A stretch of DNA of 64,000 bases from Anthoceros angustus (taxonomy: Eukaryota > Plantae > Anthocerotophyta). The stretch covers positions 62,001-126,000 of the forward strand of contig MU008185.1 of the NCBI GenBank assembly GCA_010909165.1, in the 5' to 3' direction. The notes below the pieces were generated by a model. It worked only from the letters and a program-made list of their open reading frames with translations, searched no databases and was not told the origin of the DNA. How positions within the stretch are numbered: position 1 is the first letter of the stretch; every line of letters begins with the position of its first letter. The translations under genes and the position numbers were made by a program. This document shows positions 11,626-24,700 of this stretch, piece after piece.

Positions 11626-14600
11626 ATGTCCTCAAATCCCATAGATGCATTGTTAGCATCTCTCGTACAGCAATTTCAGTCTTTAAGCATACAGCCACCC
11701 CCTGCACAAATATACAAGATGGCTACCACCCCTTCTCCAGTATTCACAACAGATTTGAAGGAGAAAGACCGTCTCAACGGCCAGAACTACAAAACCTGGC
11801 GTGTGAGAATGAAGAGTATCTTGCTGGCTCGTAGTGTTTGGTCCATAGTTGATAAAACATATGCCAAACCGAATCCCAATGCTACTCCAGCACCTACAGC
11901 AGATGAAATTGCTAAGTGGGATCAGCATAATGGAATAGCAGTTGCTCTTCTTGTAAATGGGATAGATACAGATCTTGTATCAGATGTAGAACCCTTGACA
12001 GAGGCTTCTGAAATTTGGGCACAACTAGAGAAAACATATCAGCAGCAGATTATGATGTCTCTGTGTGCAGTGCAAACAGAATTTTTCTTGTTGCGCATGA
12101 AAGAGGGAGAGAAAGTGTCGGCACATACCAGTAAGTTCCGACGTCTTAGAGCTCAGATTACCTTGTTGACTGGTGAGAAAATACCAGAAACACAGGTAAT
12201 TGCAAAGCTCCTCTCTAGTTTACCTCCCTCATATCAAGCTTTTGTGACAACCCAAAATGGGCCTATCAAACCATCTGGTGCTGCTGGTTCTTCTGCAAGC
12301 ACAATCACTGTTGAAGACGTGATTGGGGCCTTGTATCAAGAAGAGCAGGCCCGCATGCTTTCTGCTGGAGTCCCTAGGAACAAGGCAAAAAAGGCATTGT
12401 CGACAGGTTTTAAACCCAACAGAGGGAAAGCCAAAAGCAAGGTTGGAGGTAGACCTGAACCTTCATCTTTTTCATCTCCCAAGAGGCCGGGAAACTGCAA
12501 TTGGTGCGGCATCGCTGGTCACTGGGCAAGAGAGTGCAAGAAAAAGAAGTCAGGAGAACCTCAGCGTACTCAAAAAGGCACTGCAACAATTGCCATCAAA
12601 GAGACAAAATCAGGTGACACCAAACCTGTGGTGAAGATCTTTACGATTTGTCTTGCCAGTGCATGGTATGAGGAGGGCAGCTGGTATCTTGATTCCGGGG
12701 CCACCTCTCACATATGCACAAAGAAAGATCAGTTCTTCACATTAGGCCTTAGCAATTCTGCTGACAAGGTGCTACTTGGTGATGAACAAAACAAGACTAG
12801 CCTACAGATCAAAGGACATGGAACCTGTAAGTTCACATTACATGATGGTTCTGTCCTGACCCTTGATGATGTGCTGTATGTACCCACTATGGCCAAAAAT
12901 TTACTATCACTGAGCAAGCTGATGCAACTCAAGCGTTACGAACTTCGTGTCGTGGATGACACATGTTCTTTCTATAAGAAGGATGCCGACCAGATCCTTT
13001 TGTTCAAAGGCATACCAGATAACGACCTATATAGGTTGGACATATTTCCCATACGTCATCAGGCTAATCTGGTTTCCAAGGATACACAAAAACTGGCTGT
13101 TCTGTGGCATGCACGGCTAAGACACGTCAACAAGCACAAACTTGTTGACATGTCTCTTCAGCAATGTCATCTTGAGCCCCTACCTCGTTGCTTCAAGGAT
13201 CTTCCATCTTGTGAGGCGTGCATTGTTGCTAAACAGAAACAACAGCCCTTCCCATCCTTGGCTACCTTCCGAGCAACACAAGTACTTGAATTAATACACG
13301 CGGATATATCAGGCAAGATACATGTCCCCTCTGTAGGAGGATCTCACTACTATCTTTGCTTAACGGACGATTTTTCGAGATATACCTGGACTTTTCCTAT
13401 GCAGCAGAAAGTGACACCTTCGAAACATTTCGTGCTTGGCTTGTGACTGTCCAACAACAGACAGGCCATCTTCTCAAGTTGCTTCGTACAGACAATGGCA
13501 CTGAATTTATCAATCATGCCTTTGATGACCTGCTGCAGGAACACGGTATTCAAAGATAGCTCACTGTACCTTATACACCGCAACAGAACGGTGTAGCAGA
13601 GCGTAAGAATCAGACCTTACTCTCTATGACACGCAGCATGTTGTTATGGGCTGGCCTTCCCAAAATCTTGAAGCTATTATTCTGACCACATTATGTGCTA
13701 TGAGCTCTTCACTCATTCAGTCCCTAAGAAAACGCCTTTTGAAGCTTTCTGGAACCGGAAACCCAGCCTTCTCCATCTCCGTGTTTTTGGCTCAAGAGCT
13801 TTTGCTCTCATCCCGAGGAGGAAAGAAGCGGATCGAGCCCAAGCTCTTATTTTTGTCGGATCGGTGAACAAGTGAAGGCCTACAAACTATACAATCCTGC
13901 AACCAGATTGTATGGCGTTACCGTAAGCCCTTGAACCCGGTCACTGAACTGTCACATTTGGATTACGAGGAGATACTAACCTTATTGAAGGAGAAACTTC
14001 ATATTCACAATTTCCACAAGATGCTTGAAGGATCTTCCATCTTGTAGGCGTGCATTGTTGCTAAGCGAAACTGACCCTTCCATCCTTGGCTACCTTGAGC
14101 AACACAAGTACTTGAATTAATACACGCGGATATATCAGGCAAGATACATGTCCCCTCTGTAGGAGGATCTCACTACTATCTTTGCTTAACGGACGATTTT
14201 TCGAGATATACCTGGACTTTTCCTATGCAGCAGAAAAGTGACACCTTCGAAACATTTCGTGCTTGGCTTGTGACTGTCCAACAACAGACAGGCCATCTTC
14301 TCAAGTTGCTTCGTACAGACAATGGCACTGAATTTATCAATCATGCCTTTGATGACCTGCTGCAGGAACACGGTATTCAAAGATAGCTCAGCACCTTATA
14401 CACATAGCGGTGTAGCGGGCGTAAATCGGACCTTACTCTCTATGACCGCAGCATGTTGTTATGGGCTGGCCTTCCCAAAATCTGAAAATGAAGCTATTAT
14501 TCTGACCACATATGTATAGAGCTCTTCACTCATTATCCTAAACGCCTTTGAAGCTACGGGCGGAAAGCCTTCTCCATCTCCGTGTTTTTGGCTCAAGAGC

Positions 14601-14840
14601 TTTTGCTCTCATCCCAGAGGAGAAGAGGAAGAAACTGGATCCGAGAGCCCAAGCTCTTATTTTTGTCGGATACAGTGAACAAGTGAAGGCCTACAAACTA
14701 TACAATCCTGCAACCCAGCAGTTATGGCGTTCTGTCACTTTTATCGAACCTGAACTGTAACACGGGACTCATTGGATTAGAAGGGAGATACTAACCTTAT
14801 TGAAGGAGAAACTTCATATTCACAATTTCCACAAGATGCT
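11626..14840 (+). CDS. Copia Gag-protease-integrase (ORF 11626-13446, then frameshifted and internally duplicated integrase)
   Basis: LNGQNYKTWRVRMKSIL, zinc knuckle CNWCGIAGHWAREC, protease WYLDSGATSHI, LWHARL-H...CEAC, LELIHADI, DDFSRYTW, LRTDNGTEF, PQQNGVAERKN, HLRVFGS. Confidence 0.95.
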
Positions 14841-14841
14841 T
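13195..14841 (+). repeat. ~0.83-kb tandem duplication of the integrase segment
   Basis: 13195-14027 is repeated at 14028-14841; junction at TGCTT/AAGGATCTTCC. Confidence 0.9.
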
Positions 14842-14870
14842 CTGAAGAAGAAGAAAAAGATTTCGAGATT

Positions 14871-16154
14871 GTGTTTCCTGATCCACCACCTGTACAGAAT
14901 CCACAGCCTGTTATTCCCATGCAACCTGTACGACAGATACCATTAGCAGGAAATGATCCAGACCCACCTGATGGCGAACCTCCAGTTGCTGAACATGATG
15001 AGCTAGGTTTAGAGGGAGCAGATGCTGCACATCACAATGCACAAGACGAATATGATTTTCTGAATGGAGACCAAAATCATGCAGAAATAGCTGATGATGC
15101 TCATGAGCCTGTACAAGTTGTAATTGAACTTGAACCTGAACCACTTAGACGCTCCTCTAGACATCGTCCTCCTCCAGACCAATGGAAAGAACCACCATAT
15201 CAGTCAGTTGATTTCAGGACTTCCTATGCTGAGGCTGTCCATTCTGCATCTATGACTTTACACCTTGAGCCACAGTCCTACAAGGAAGCTTGCTCAAGCC
15301 CAGAATCTGAAAAATGGAGAATTGCGATTGAGGACGAATACAACTCTTTGGTAAAGAACCAAACCTGGAAACTAGTTGATCTTCCTCCTGGTCGAAAGCC
15401 CATATCATGTAAATGGGTGTTTAAATTAAAGCTCAATGCAAAAGGGGAGATAGCACGCTACAAGGCACGTTTGGTAGCTAGAGGCTTCACTCAGGTGGAA
15501 GGCCTGGATTACCAGGAAACATTTTCCCCAGTAGTCAGATCACAATCAATCAGGGTGATTCTTGCACTTGCTGCTGAGTATGACTTGGATTTACACCAAA
15601 TGGATGTGTGCACGGCCTTCCTATATGGATCTCTCGATGAAGATCTATATATGACACAACCAGAGGGTTATGAAGACCCCAAACATCCTGGAAAGGTTCT
15701 CAAGCTGCTTAAAACGATTTACGGCTTGAAACAAAGTGGCAGAGTGTGGTACCTGACCATTTATGTGTATTTGCTGAGTGTATCCTTCGTTCAAAGTGCT
15801 GCAGACAGCAATGTTTATAGACTGTCAAGAGGAGATGCTTATGTTGTGCTCGCCTTATACGTTGACGACGTGATCCTGGCGACAAACAATCAAGACCTGT
15901 TAGCAGAAGTCAAAACAATGCTAAGCAGTAAGTTTGAGATGAAAGATATAGGGGAATTGAAATTCTGTTTGGGCATCCAGTTGCTCCGGGTCAGATCTGA
16001 AGGTCTGCTGTACATACACCAGTATAAGTACATCCAACAGCTGCTGGATAAATTCAAACTCGATGAGGCACGTCCTGCCTCTACCCCATCTGCCCTAGGA
16101 GCTAAGCTTACAAGCTACAGTGTCCACAGTCTGCTGAAGAACAAAAGGAGATGA
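14871..16154 (+). CDS. Copia reverse transcriptase (RVT_2)
   Basis: KWVFKLK, RYKARLVARGFTQ, QMDVCTAFLYG, LKTIYGLKQSGRVW, LYVDDVIL. Confidence 0.97.
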   Translation: MFPDPPPVQNPQPVIPMQPVRQIPLAGNDPDPPDGEPPVAEHDELGLEGADAAHHNAQDEYDFLNGDQNHAEIADDAHEPVQVVIELEPEPLRRSSRHRPPPDQWKEPPYQSVDFRTSYAEAVHSASMTLHLEPQSYKEACSSPESEKWRIAIEDEYNSLVKNQTWKLVDLPPGRKPISCKWVFKLKLNAKGEIARYKARLVARGFTQVEGLDYQETFSPVVRSQSIRVILALAAEYDLDLHQMDVCTAFLYGSLDEDLYMTQPEGYEDPKHPGKVLKLLKTIYGLKQSGRVWYLTIYVYLLSVSFVQSAADSNVYRLSRGDAYVVLALYVDDVILATNNQDLLAEVKTMLSSKFEMKDIGELKFCLGIQLLRVRSEGLLYIHQYKYIQQLLDKFKLDEARPASTPSALGAKLTSYSVHSLLKNKRR

Positions 16155-16861
16155 TAGATATCCCTTACCGTCATGCAATAGGTAGCCTGCTGTTTGTAGC
16201 AAACTGGACTCGTCCAGATATACAATACTCCGTCAGTACCCTGTCACAATTTCTAGAGAAGCCTGGTAAGGCACACTGGGTAGCTGCTAAACGTGTATTT
16301 AGATATCTAAAAGGGACCCAATACTATGGACTTGTCTATAAAAGCAGCGGACAAGGACAGCTTACTCTAAGAGGATTTACAGATGCAGATTGGGCATCTG
16401 ATAGCGACAGCCATAAAAGCTTATCTACATATTGCTTTTTATTAGCATCTGCGGCTGTAAGTTGGAGCTGCAAAAAGCAGACGTCAATTGCTCTATCCTC
16501 GACAGAAGCTGAATACAAAAGCTTAACAGATGCCTCAAAGGAGGCAGAGTGGGAACGTACCTTCCTACAAGACCTTGGGCAGCAGCAGACAGCAGCAACT
16601 CCACTCCTGTGTGATAATATATCAGCACTTGCCCTAGTTGCAAATCCTCGCTTTCACGCAAGAACAAAACATATCGAGATACAACATCATTATATCAGGG
16701 ATGTTGTTGAGCGAGGAGTTGTCAAAGTTGGCTATGTGAGCACAGAAGACAATACTGCTGACATCCTAACCAAAGCCCTGCCTAAGTATAAGCACTTTCT
16801 ACACATGGCCGGACTTGGCTTACAGGATTTCTCAGGGTATTTCAACGACGAGCTGGCATGA
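16151..16861 (+). CDS. Copia RT C-terminus and RNase H (continues pol across a frameshift)
   Basis: YRHAIGSLL, TRPDI, FTDADWA, ALSSTEAEY, CDNISA, RTKHIEIQHHYIRD, ADILTKAL. Confidence 0.97.
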   Translation: MIDIPYRHAIGSLLFVANWTRPDIQYSVSTLSQFLEKPGKAHWVAAKRVFRYLKGTQYYGLVYKSSGQGQLTLRGFTDADWASDSDSHKSLSTYCFLLASAAVSWSCKKQTSIALSSTEAEYKSLTDASKEAEWERTFLQDLGQQQTAATPLLCDNISALALVANPRFHARTKHIEIQHHYIRDVVERGVVKVGYVSTEDNTADILTKALPKYKHFLHMAGLGLQDFSGYFNDELA

Positions 16862-17720
16862 GCAACTGTGGACTTATCTGGTGGGTGAGGGGGTGGGAGC
16901 CCTTGCTCCCTGATATAGATGTTAAATCAACTGCCTCTTTGCCGCCAGGTTATAAGAACTGCGACACACACACAACATCAGTTTTTGTTATGCAGTGATT
17001 ACAGTTGGCTCAGCACAGCAGAAATGTTCATCAGCAGGCGGATGAAGCCCCACGATTACCTTATCGCCTGGCTGCTTGACACCTCAACGACCGTATTCGC
17101 CATCTTCCTTAAGCTGGCCCAAGAGCTTCACTGCCTCCCTAAGACGGACGACCAAGCCAGCCTCTCTCTCGATTTCCTCCTGCGTCCATGGCCGGAGTTC
17201 TTCTGCCCCGTCCTTGCCAGCTGGTACTGGCCTCCTCCAGCTCAGAGTGATGTTAAGCTCAACCCGGTATCCCATGATATTCAGGTGCTGGCCACAGCAC
17301 AGGCGATGCTCCTCCCCATCAGTCACAATTTCAGGCTCCTGGATAGTGGATTGGGAGCTGGATTCCTGTCCGTGCTCCATCCTTGTCTCACACCCTTCCA
17401 CCTCCAAACTACGTCACGGGATATAGAGCTCTAGGCCTTGAAAAGCTAGCTCGAGGCGTACCATAGCATACGATATCCTTCATTGGATGTGAATGCAAAG
17501 CTAGCTCAAGGGAAGAAGCAAGTGAGTCTAGATTCTCGGTGTTCTTCAACTCACCTCCAAACTACGTCACGGGATATAGAGCTAAGACATGCAAAGCGCA
17601 CATGGGAGAAAAATAATTTTGGTGTGTGGGATCGCATATATAGCCTTTACAAATTTGGGCTTGGCAGTTCGGTTGTTGGGCATAATGTCTCGCATGTGCC
17701 TTCTTAAGCCTGTCCAGCTT

Positions 17721-17942
17721 AAGAGGGAGTGTGAATCGTTAACCCTGGACAGCTTATGCTAGCTATTGTTAGGGTTATGTTAATATACATTTAATTTTGC
17801 AACCTTTAGATATTAGGGTTTAGTATAAAAACACATCTGAGATACTTTGCTAATTAATCACTTTTGTTTTGTGAGACTCGTGCCATTGCTCTTTAGGCTC
17901 TCGTCTTACACAACGTGCATAAACGATGCCCGTTAATTGATA
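17721..17942 (+). repeat. Polypurine tract and Copia 3' LTR
   Basis: AAGAGGGAG (17721-17729), LTR 17730-17942, TSD TCGGC at 17943-17947. Confidence 0.95.
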
Positions 17943-18067
17943 TCGGCATCCATCCTTGTCTCACACCCTTCCACCTCCGCATCCATCCTTGTCTCACACC
18001 CTGCAATTGCTACAACCTACAACGGAATACGGATGATGTCGAACCTCCGATAGCTACCCACTCCGAC

Positions 18068-18460
18068 CACGGGATATAGAGCTCTAGGCCTTGAAAAGCT
18101 AGCTCGAGGCGAGCTCAAGGGAAGAAGCAAGTGAGTCGATGATTATTTTGGTGTGTGGGATCGCACATATATAGCCTTTACAAATTTGGGCTTGGCGATT
18201 CTCGGTGTTCTTCAACTCACCTCAAACTACGTCACGGGATATAGAGCTCTAGGCCTTGCAAAGCTAGCTCAAGGGACGAAGCAAGTGAGTCGATAATAAT
18301 TTTGGTGTGTGGGATCGCATATATAGCCTTTAAAATTTGGTCTTGGTAGATTCTCGGTGTTCTTCAACTCACCTCCAAACTACGTCACGGGATATAGAGC
18401 TAAGACATGCAAAGCTAGTTCGAGGAGAAGCTTAAGGAAGAAGAAGCAAGTGAGTCTAGA
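18068..18460. repeat. Short tandem array of ~155-165-bp units; second array at ~48514-48880
   Basis: Recurrent CACGGGATATAGAGCT(CT)AGG...CTCACCTCCAAACTACGT. Confidence 0.8.
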
Positions 18461-18462
18461 TT

Positions 18463-21400
18463 CTCGTAAGATTCTAGTGGACACCTGACTTTCCAATAGC
18501 ATGTTGCGGAACCTACATACATATGTATATATGCGATTTTGGCATCTTCTCTCGTTGGATATGAGTGCAAAGTGCACATGGGAAAGCGAGCATTGTATAT
18601 ATATGTGGAGGAGATGGACAAGCCTCGAGGCGTACCATAGCATACGATATCCTTCATTGGATGTGAATGCAAAGCGCACATGGGAGAAAAATAATTGGTT
18701 TTATTAAAGAAAGAGAATAGATTGGGGTCAGCCATCTATGAAAGGACATCAAAGGAAGATCGCAAGGATTGCTATAGATAGGAGCAATCCACAAGCTCAA
18801 GTGGGATGAAGAGGTGGCTTGCATGCATTGCCCTATGCTTAGTGACCTTGAAAGCCATCCGTTAGCTATTGCTAACCATGTTTCATTAACACTAATCAAT
18901 ACTTAATTAATATAAGCGCTTTAGATTAATTAATACTAATTACTTAAAGACAAGTCATTAGATTAATTAATGCTAATCAAACACTAAACCCAAGTGCGAG
19001 TAGTGTCACACGGTATGACATCCCTTAAGTTCCCCATATTTGCGGGCTTTGATTTACGAAGCCCACGATGTTCCATCTGGTCATAAATCTTACTACTACC
19101 ACTCTCAATCGGCTCTATTTTTGGCCTCGGCTCAATCAGACGTCCGAGATTATGTCCTCCTTTGCAACTTATGCCAATGCAACAAAGCTTGTCACCAACG
19201 CCTTGCCGGCTGCTCCAACCCTTGCCTCCCTTTCGCAGGAGCAAGTCACACTTGACTTCATAACCGGATTGCCTCGCATCGGCTTTGATGCGTTCTGGTC
19301 TTCACGAATAAGCTTACTCATCAAGTGCTCCTTGCCTCCACTCGAGACATGCTCTCGAACAAAGCTGCGACTTATTCGGAAAGTGGTTTATCGTGCCCAT
19401 GGCCTCCCTCGCTCTCTTGTGAGCGATCATGATTCAGTTTACGTCCCCGGCAAGCGGTTCACGTGGTCTTGGCACCAAGCTCGTATGTCTCGCCTTTTAT
19501 CCTCGAGACGGATGGTGCTACGAGCGAGCTAATCAAGTTTTAGAGGATATACTCCGTGCTTATGCGGTGTGCACCAAACTCGGTGGCTGGACTTTCTCCA
19601 CCTCGTTGAGTTTGCCTACAACAACGCCCCTAACGCCTCAACCCGAGTTACTCCATTCTTGTTCAACAAAGGTTTTCACCCCACGTTGCTTCCTTGCCTT
19701 TGCTTGTGTCCCTGCTTGTCGATTTTCTCACCCAACGTGTCCAAATTCGCAGAGGCTCGTCGGTTTGCCCATGGAACCCAAAACCAAGCCCAATCGCCAA
19801 TCATCGTCGTCGTCCTCAAGAATTTGCGGTTGGTACCTATGTCTTCTTTATGCCGAATTTATCCCTTCACGGGATTCGTAAGATTTCCCTCGTTTTGTTG
19901 GTCCTTCGTATCCTCCGTTGCATTGGCCTATGAGCTTGCCCTTCCTCCCGAATCTCGCATTCACCGCCTTCCGAACACTAGAACCATGTTTTGATCGGCG
20001 ACCATTTTGCTGCACGCTCGAGCTCGAGTATGCTCACATTGACGATGCACTTCATCCTTCCACCGCTTCGACGACAATAGAATCTACCACCGCCCGGGCA
20101 TATTTCAAAGCCCTTGCACTCACGATCGGAAAAAGTGGGCTCGAACTCATCTTGCGGTTGCTCGCTCGATCGCCATATCGAAGATGATGATTTGCAAGTT
20201 GGTTTCAAAAGACATGGTACGCGACATGGTACCACGTGATTCCAGACTGGTCAGTGTGACGATCGATGTTTGGAATTTGAGGAGCATGGAGTGAATGCCT
20301 TTTATCATGTAAAAAAAAATGTTTCGTTCTCATTTCTCTACTGCGATGATCAGCTCACCAACGTTAACGTTAACGTGAACGTTCGTTGGTGTGATGTTGC
20401 TGCTGTGCAAATGCGCGGAAGGAAAGAAATGATGTTCGACGCTGCGGCTGCTCTTTAGTGAAAGCTTAATTTAATATTTAATTGTAGCTAGCCCAGCGCT
20501 ACACAAGGGCAGATTGTTGCGGACAGTTTGAAGCATAGACCAATGTTGCAGCCGATGGAAGGATGCAAATAGTTGGAGAGGAGTCTCTCAAAGCGAAAAC
20601 AAGCTAACTAGGCATGTTCGTTGTTCTAATTATTTATCCTTCTTTGTTGCTTCCGGTGGCGAAATCCAAGGATCCGAGCGAACTGGTGCTCACAAAGCTG
20701 CGTGTACGGGTAGGAGGAAGCCACCTCCAAACCGCAGCGTTTGTCGCATATCGACACCCACCACCTTGCCCTCGTTATCAGGCATGAGATATACTTCGTC
20801 CGGCCCCGCCACGACTCTCATATGAAAAGACATATGGTCGTCCGAACGGCCTGGCGGGCGGTCAGTGAAGATGGAAGCGGGCATGGTGGCCATCACCGTC
20901 GAGACATGCTCGCAAAATCTAGCTCCCACACGCACTTCAAACATGGGAGTCCGGAATCGCGCCACCCTATGGCCACGCATGAGGCGGTCTCGCATGTTGA
21001 AGTGTCCCTTGCATTTAAGAACTTGGAATCACACTAGGCTTGCGCAGAATCAAATAGCTCCAGCTGGCCCGCTTGACGATGCCAGATTGCGACTGCGACA
21101 TCCTCATGAGGCACGTAGAGCACGCTGCCCACAAACACTTCATACCCTATATCGAAACGGGATGTCATACCGTGTGACACTACTCTCTGCACTTGGGTTT
21201 AGTGTTTGATTAGCATTAATTAATTTAATGACTTATCTTTAAGTAATTATTATTAATTAATCTAAAGCGCTTATATTAATTAAGTATTGATTAGTGTTAA
21301 TGAAACATGGTTAGCAATAGCTAACAGGATGGCTTTCAAGGTCACTAAGCATAGGGCAATGCATGCAAGCCACCTCTTCATCCCACTTGGACAGTTTTAG

Positions 21401-21724
21401 GGATTGCTCCTATCTATAGCAATCCTTGCGATCTTCCTTTGATGTCCTTTCATAGATGGATGACCCTAATCTATTCTCTTTCTTTAATAAAAACCAATTA
21501 TTTTTCTCCCATGTGCAGTTTGCATTCACATCCAATGTAGGATATCGTATGCTATGGTACGCTCTCGAGGCGTGTCCATCTCCTCCACATATATATATAA
21601 TGCCTGCTTTCCCATGTGCACTTTGCACTCATATCCAACCAAAATCGCATATATACATATGTATGTAGATTCCGGCCGCAACATGCTATTGGAAAGCTAT
21701 TGGTGTCCACTGGAATCTTACGAG
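18463..21724. repeat. ~560-bp inverted repeat pair (18463-19024 / 21159-21724) around a 2.1-kb spacer
   Basis: ...GTCACACGGTATGACATCCC (ends 19024) vs GGGATGTCATACCGTGTGAC (starts 21159); complementarity runs out to CTCGTAAGATT/AATCTTACGAG. Confidence 0.9.
19030..20240 (+). mobile_element. Ty3/Gypsy integrase fragment (zinc-binding, core and GPY/F regions), degenerate
   Basis: LIYEAHDVP-SGH, DVRDYV--CNLCQCNK, VTLDFITGLP, HGLPRSLVSDHDS, ERANQVLEDILRAY, VEFAYNN; 19420-21150 duplicates 4240-5930. Confidence 0.88.
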
Positions 21725-24700
21725 GAAGTCGGACTCGTTCGGAAGAAAAGCGACGGAAGAGTAGACTTCCAAACCGAAATACTTCTTTACAGGAAAGATT
21801 GGTACAGCTCTAAAGAATGTTATATGTGCATACAAATGTGTAAAGTTGTGGTTGGTTCATTGATTAGGAGTTTAATATGTATATAGGCGTGTCTCTTATG
21901 TCCGCCTAGTATATCGATACTATGGGTACCGTGAAAACATTGTCATGGAGGAATAGAATTACAATAGCCAATGTTAAAAAATTATTAAGGAGGAGTAGAA
22001 TTATAATAGTGAGCTTAGTTACAATATTGGTATTATGGGTACCATGAAAGATATTGTCATGGAGAAATAGAATTATAATAGCTAGCTTGGTTACAAGTCA
22101 TATGTAGTTCGTGGTATACCTAGACTACTAAGGTGTGTACTCAATTACGTATAATTAACTCTTGGTGGATATATCAAGTATTTTACTATGACTTGCAAAA
22201 TGAAGTGCATGAGGCATATTGAGGATCCATTACGTCAAGATATAGTGAGATGTGCATAATCTTTGAGGTTAGGGTCAATGTGTGAGGTTATCGAGACTAA
22301 GTTCATGTTTTTGAGAATATGTGTAGTCTAAAGGCTATATATGTATACTCCCATTCGATAATTAGTAGAGTCAACAACAGCCTCTAAAGTAGGAGCACTA
22401 CGGAGAAGATCGGCATGATATGTGAGTAGAGAAGCACAAAGATTGGCATCACGAGTGAGTAGAAAAGTGCGCATCCGATTGGCATCAGGTGTGTGTAGAG
22501 AAGTGCATAATAAAGATAAATTAAGCATATTGTATCATAATGAAACTAACAAGTTTACTAGTCCACATATGTATACGACTTCTGTTGCACTAATCTCTCT
22601 GGTGATGATTGTTGCATCTAGCAGACAGTACAGGGTGATCGAACATGCATCTTCACATAAAACAATGCACCTTTCCCATGTGCACTTTGCACTCATATCC
22701 AACGTAGAGAAGATGCCAAAATCGCATATATACATATGTATGTAGATTCCGGCCGCAACATGCTATTGGAAAGCTGTTGGTGTCCACTAAAATCTTACGA
22801 GGAAGTCGGACTCGTTCGGAAGAAAAGCGACGGAAGAGTAGACTTCCAAACCGAAATACTTCTTTACAGGAAAGATTGGTACAGCTCTAAACAATGTTAT
22901 ATGTGCATACAAATGTGTAAAAGTTGTGGTTGGTTCATTGATTAGGAGTTTAATATGTATATAGGCGTGTCTCTTATGTCCGCCTAGTATATATCGATAC
23001 TATGGGTACCGTGAAAACATTGTCATGGAGGAATAGAATTACAATAGCCAAGTTAAAAAATTATTAAGGAGGAGTAGAATTATAATAGTGAGCTTAGTTA
23101 CAATATTGGTATTATGGGTACCATGAAAGATATTGTCATGGAGAAATAGAATTATAATAGCTAGCTTGGTTACAAGTCATATGTAGTTCGTGGTATACCT
23201 AGACTACTAAGGTGTGTACTCAATTACGTATAATTAACTCTTGGTGGATATATCAAGTATTTTACTATGACTTGCAAAATGAAGTGCATGAGGCATATTG
23301 AGGATCCATTACGTCAAGATATAGTGAGATGTGCATAATCTTTGAGGTTAGGGTCAATGTGTGAGGTTATCGAGACTAAGTTCATGTTTTTGAGAATATG
23401 TGTAGTCTAAAGGCTATATATGTATACTCCCATTCGATAATTAGTAGAGTCAACAACAACCTCTAAAGTAGGAGCACTACGGAGAAGATCGGCATGATAT
23501 GTGAGTAGAGAAGCACAAAGATTGGCATCACGAGTGAGTAGAAAAGTGCGCATCCGATTGGCATCGTGTGTGTAGAGAAGTGCATAATAAAGATAAATTA
23601 AGCATATTGTATCATAATGAAACTAACAAGTTTACTAGTCCACATATGTATCGACTTGTTGCACTAATCTCTCTGGTGATGATTGTTGCATCTAGCGAGC
23701 AGGTGATCGAACATGCATCTTCACATAAAACAATGCACCTTTCCCATGTGCACTTTGCACTCATATCCAACCAAAATCGCATATATACATATGTATGTAG
23801 ATTCCGCAACATGCTATTGGAAAGCTGTTGGTGTCCACTAGAATCTTACGAGGAAGTCGGACTCGTTCGAAGAAAAGCGACGGAAGAGTAGACTTCCAAA
23901 CCGAAATACTTCTTTACAGGAAAGATTGGTACACTCTAAAGAATGTTATATGTGCATACAAATGTGTAAAGTTGTGGTTGGTTCATTGATTAGGAGTTTA
24001 ATATGTATATAGGCGTGTCTCTTATGTCCGCCTAGTATATATCGATACTATGGGTACCGTGAAAACATTGTCATGGAGGAATAGAATTACAATAGCCAAG
24101 TTAAAAAATTATTAAGGAGGAGTAGAATTATAATAGTGAGCTTAGTTACAATATTGGTATTATGGGTACCATGAAAGATATTGTCATGGAGAAATAGAAT
24201 TATAATAGCTAGCTTGGTTACAAGTCATATGTAGTTCGTGGTATACCTAGACTACTAAGGTGTGTACTCAATTACGTATAATTAACTCTTGGTGCGGATA
24301 TATCAAGTATTTTACTATGACTTGCAAAATGAAGTGCATGAGGCATATTGAGGATCCAGCCCGTCAAGATATAGTGAGATGTGCATAATCTTTGAGGTTA
24401 GGGTCAATGTGTGAGGTTATCGAGACTAAGTTCATGTTTTTGAGAATATGTGTAGTCTAAAGGCTATATATGTATACTCCCATTCGATAATTAGTAGAGT
24501 CAACAACCTCTAAAGTAGGAGCACTACGGAGAAGATCGGCATGATATGTGAGTAGAGAAGCACAAAGATTGGCATCACGAGTGAGTAGAAAAGTGCGCAT
24601 CCGATTGGCATCGGTGTGTGTAGAAGTGCATAATAAAGATAAATTAAGCATATTGTATCATAATGAAACTAACAAGTTTACTAGTCCACATATGTATACG

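Larger units (their letters stand above)
6580..17942 (+). mobile_element. Ty1/Copia LTR retrotransposon, near full length, 5' end triplicated
   Basis: 213-bp LTRs at 6580-6792 and 17730-17942, PBS, PPT, gag-PR-INT-RT-RNaseH domain order, 5-bp TSD TCAGC/TCGGC. Confidence 0.95.

Noticed and set aside
13400-13420. Programmed ribosomal frameshift in Copia pol
   Set aside because: The duplicate copy reads CAGAAAAGTGAC versus CAGAAAGTGAC here, a homopolymer deletion. The breaks near 16120 and elsewhere are probably similar.
16919-17434. env-like ORF after pol (sense strand)
   Set aside because: No convincing transmembrane or coiled-coil pattern, and its 3' end runs into flank-derived patchwork.
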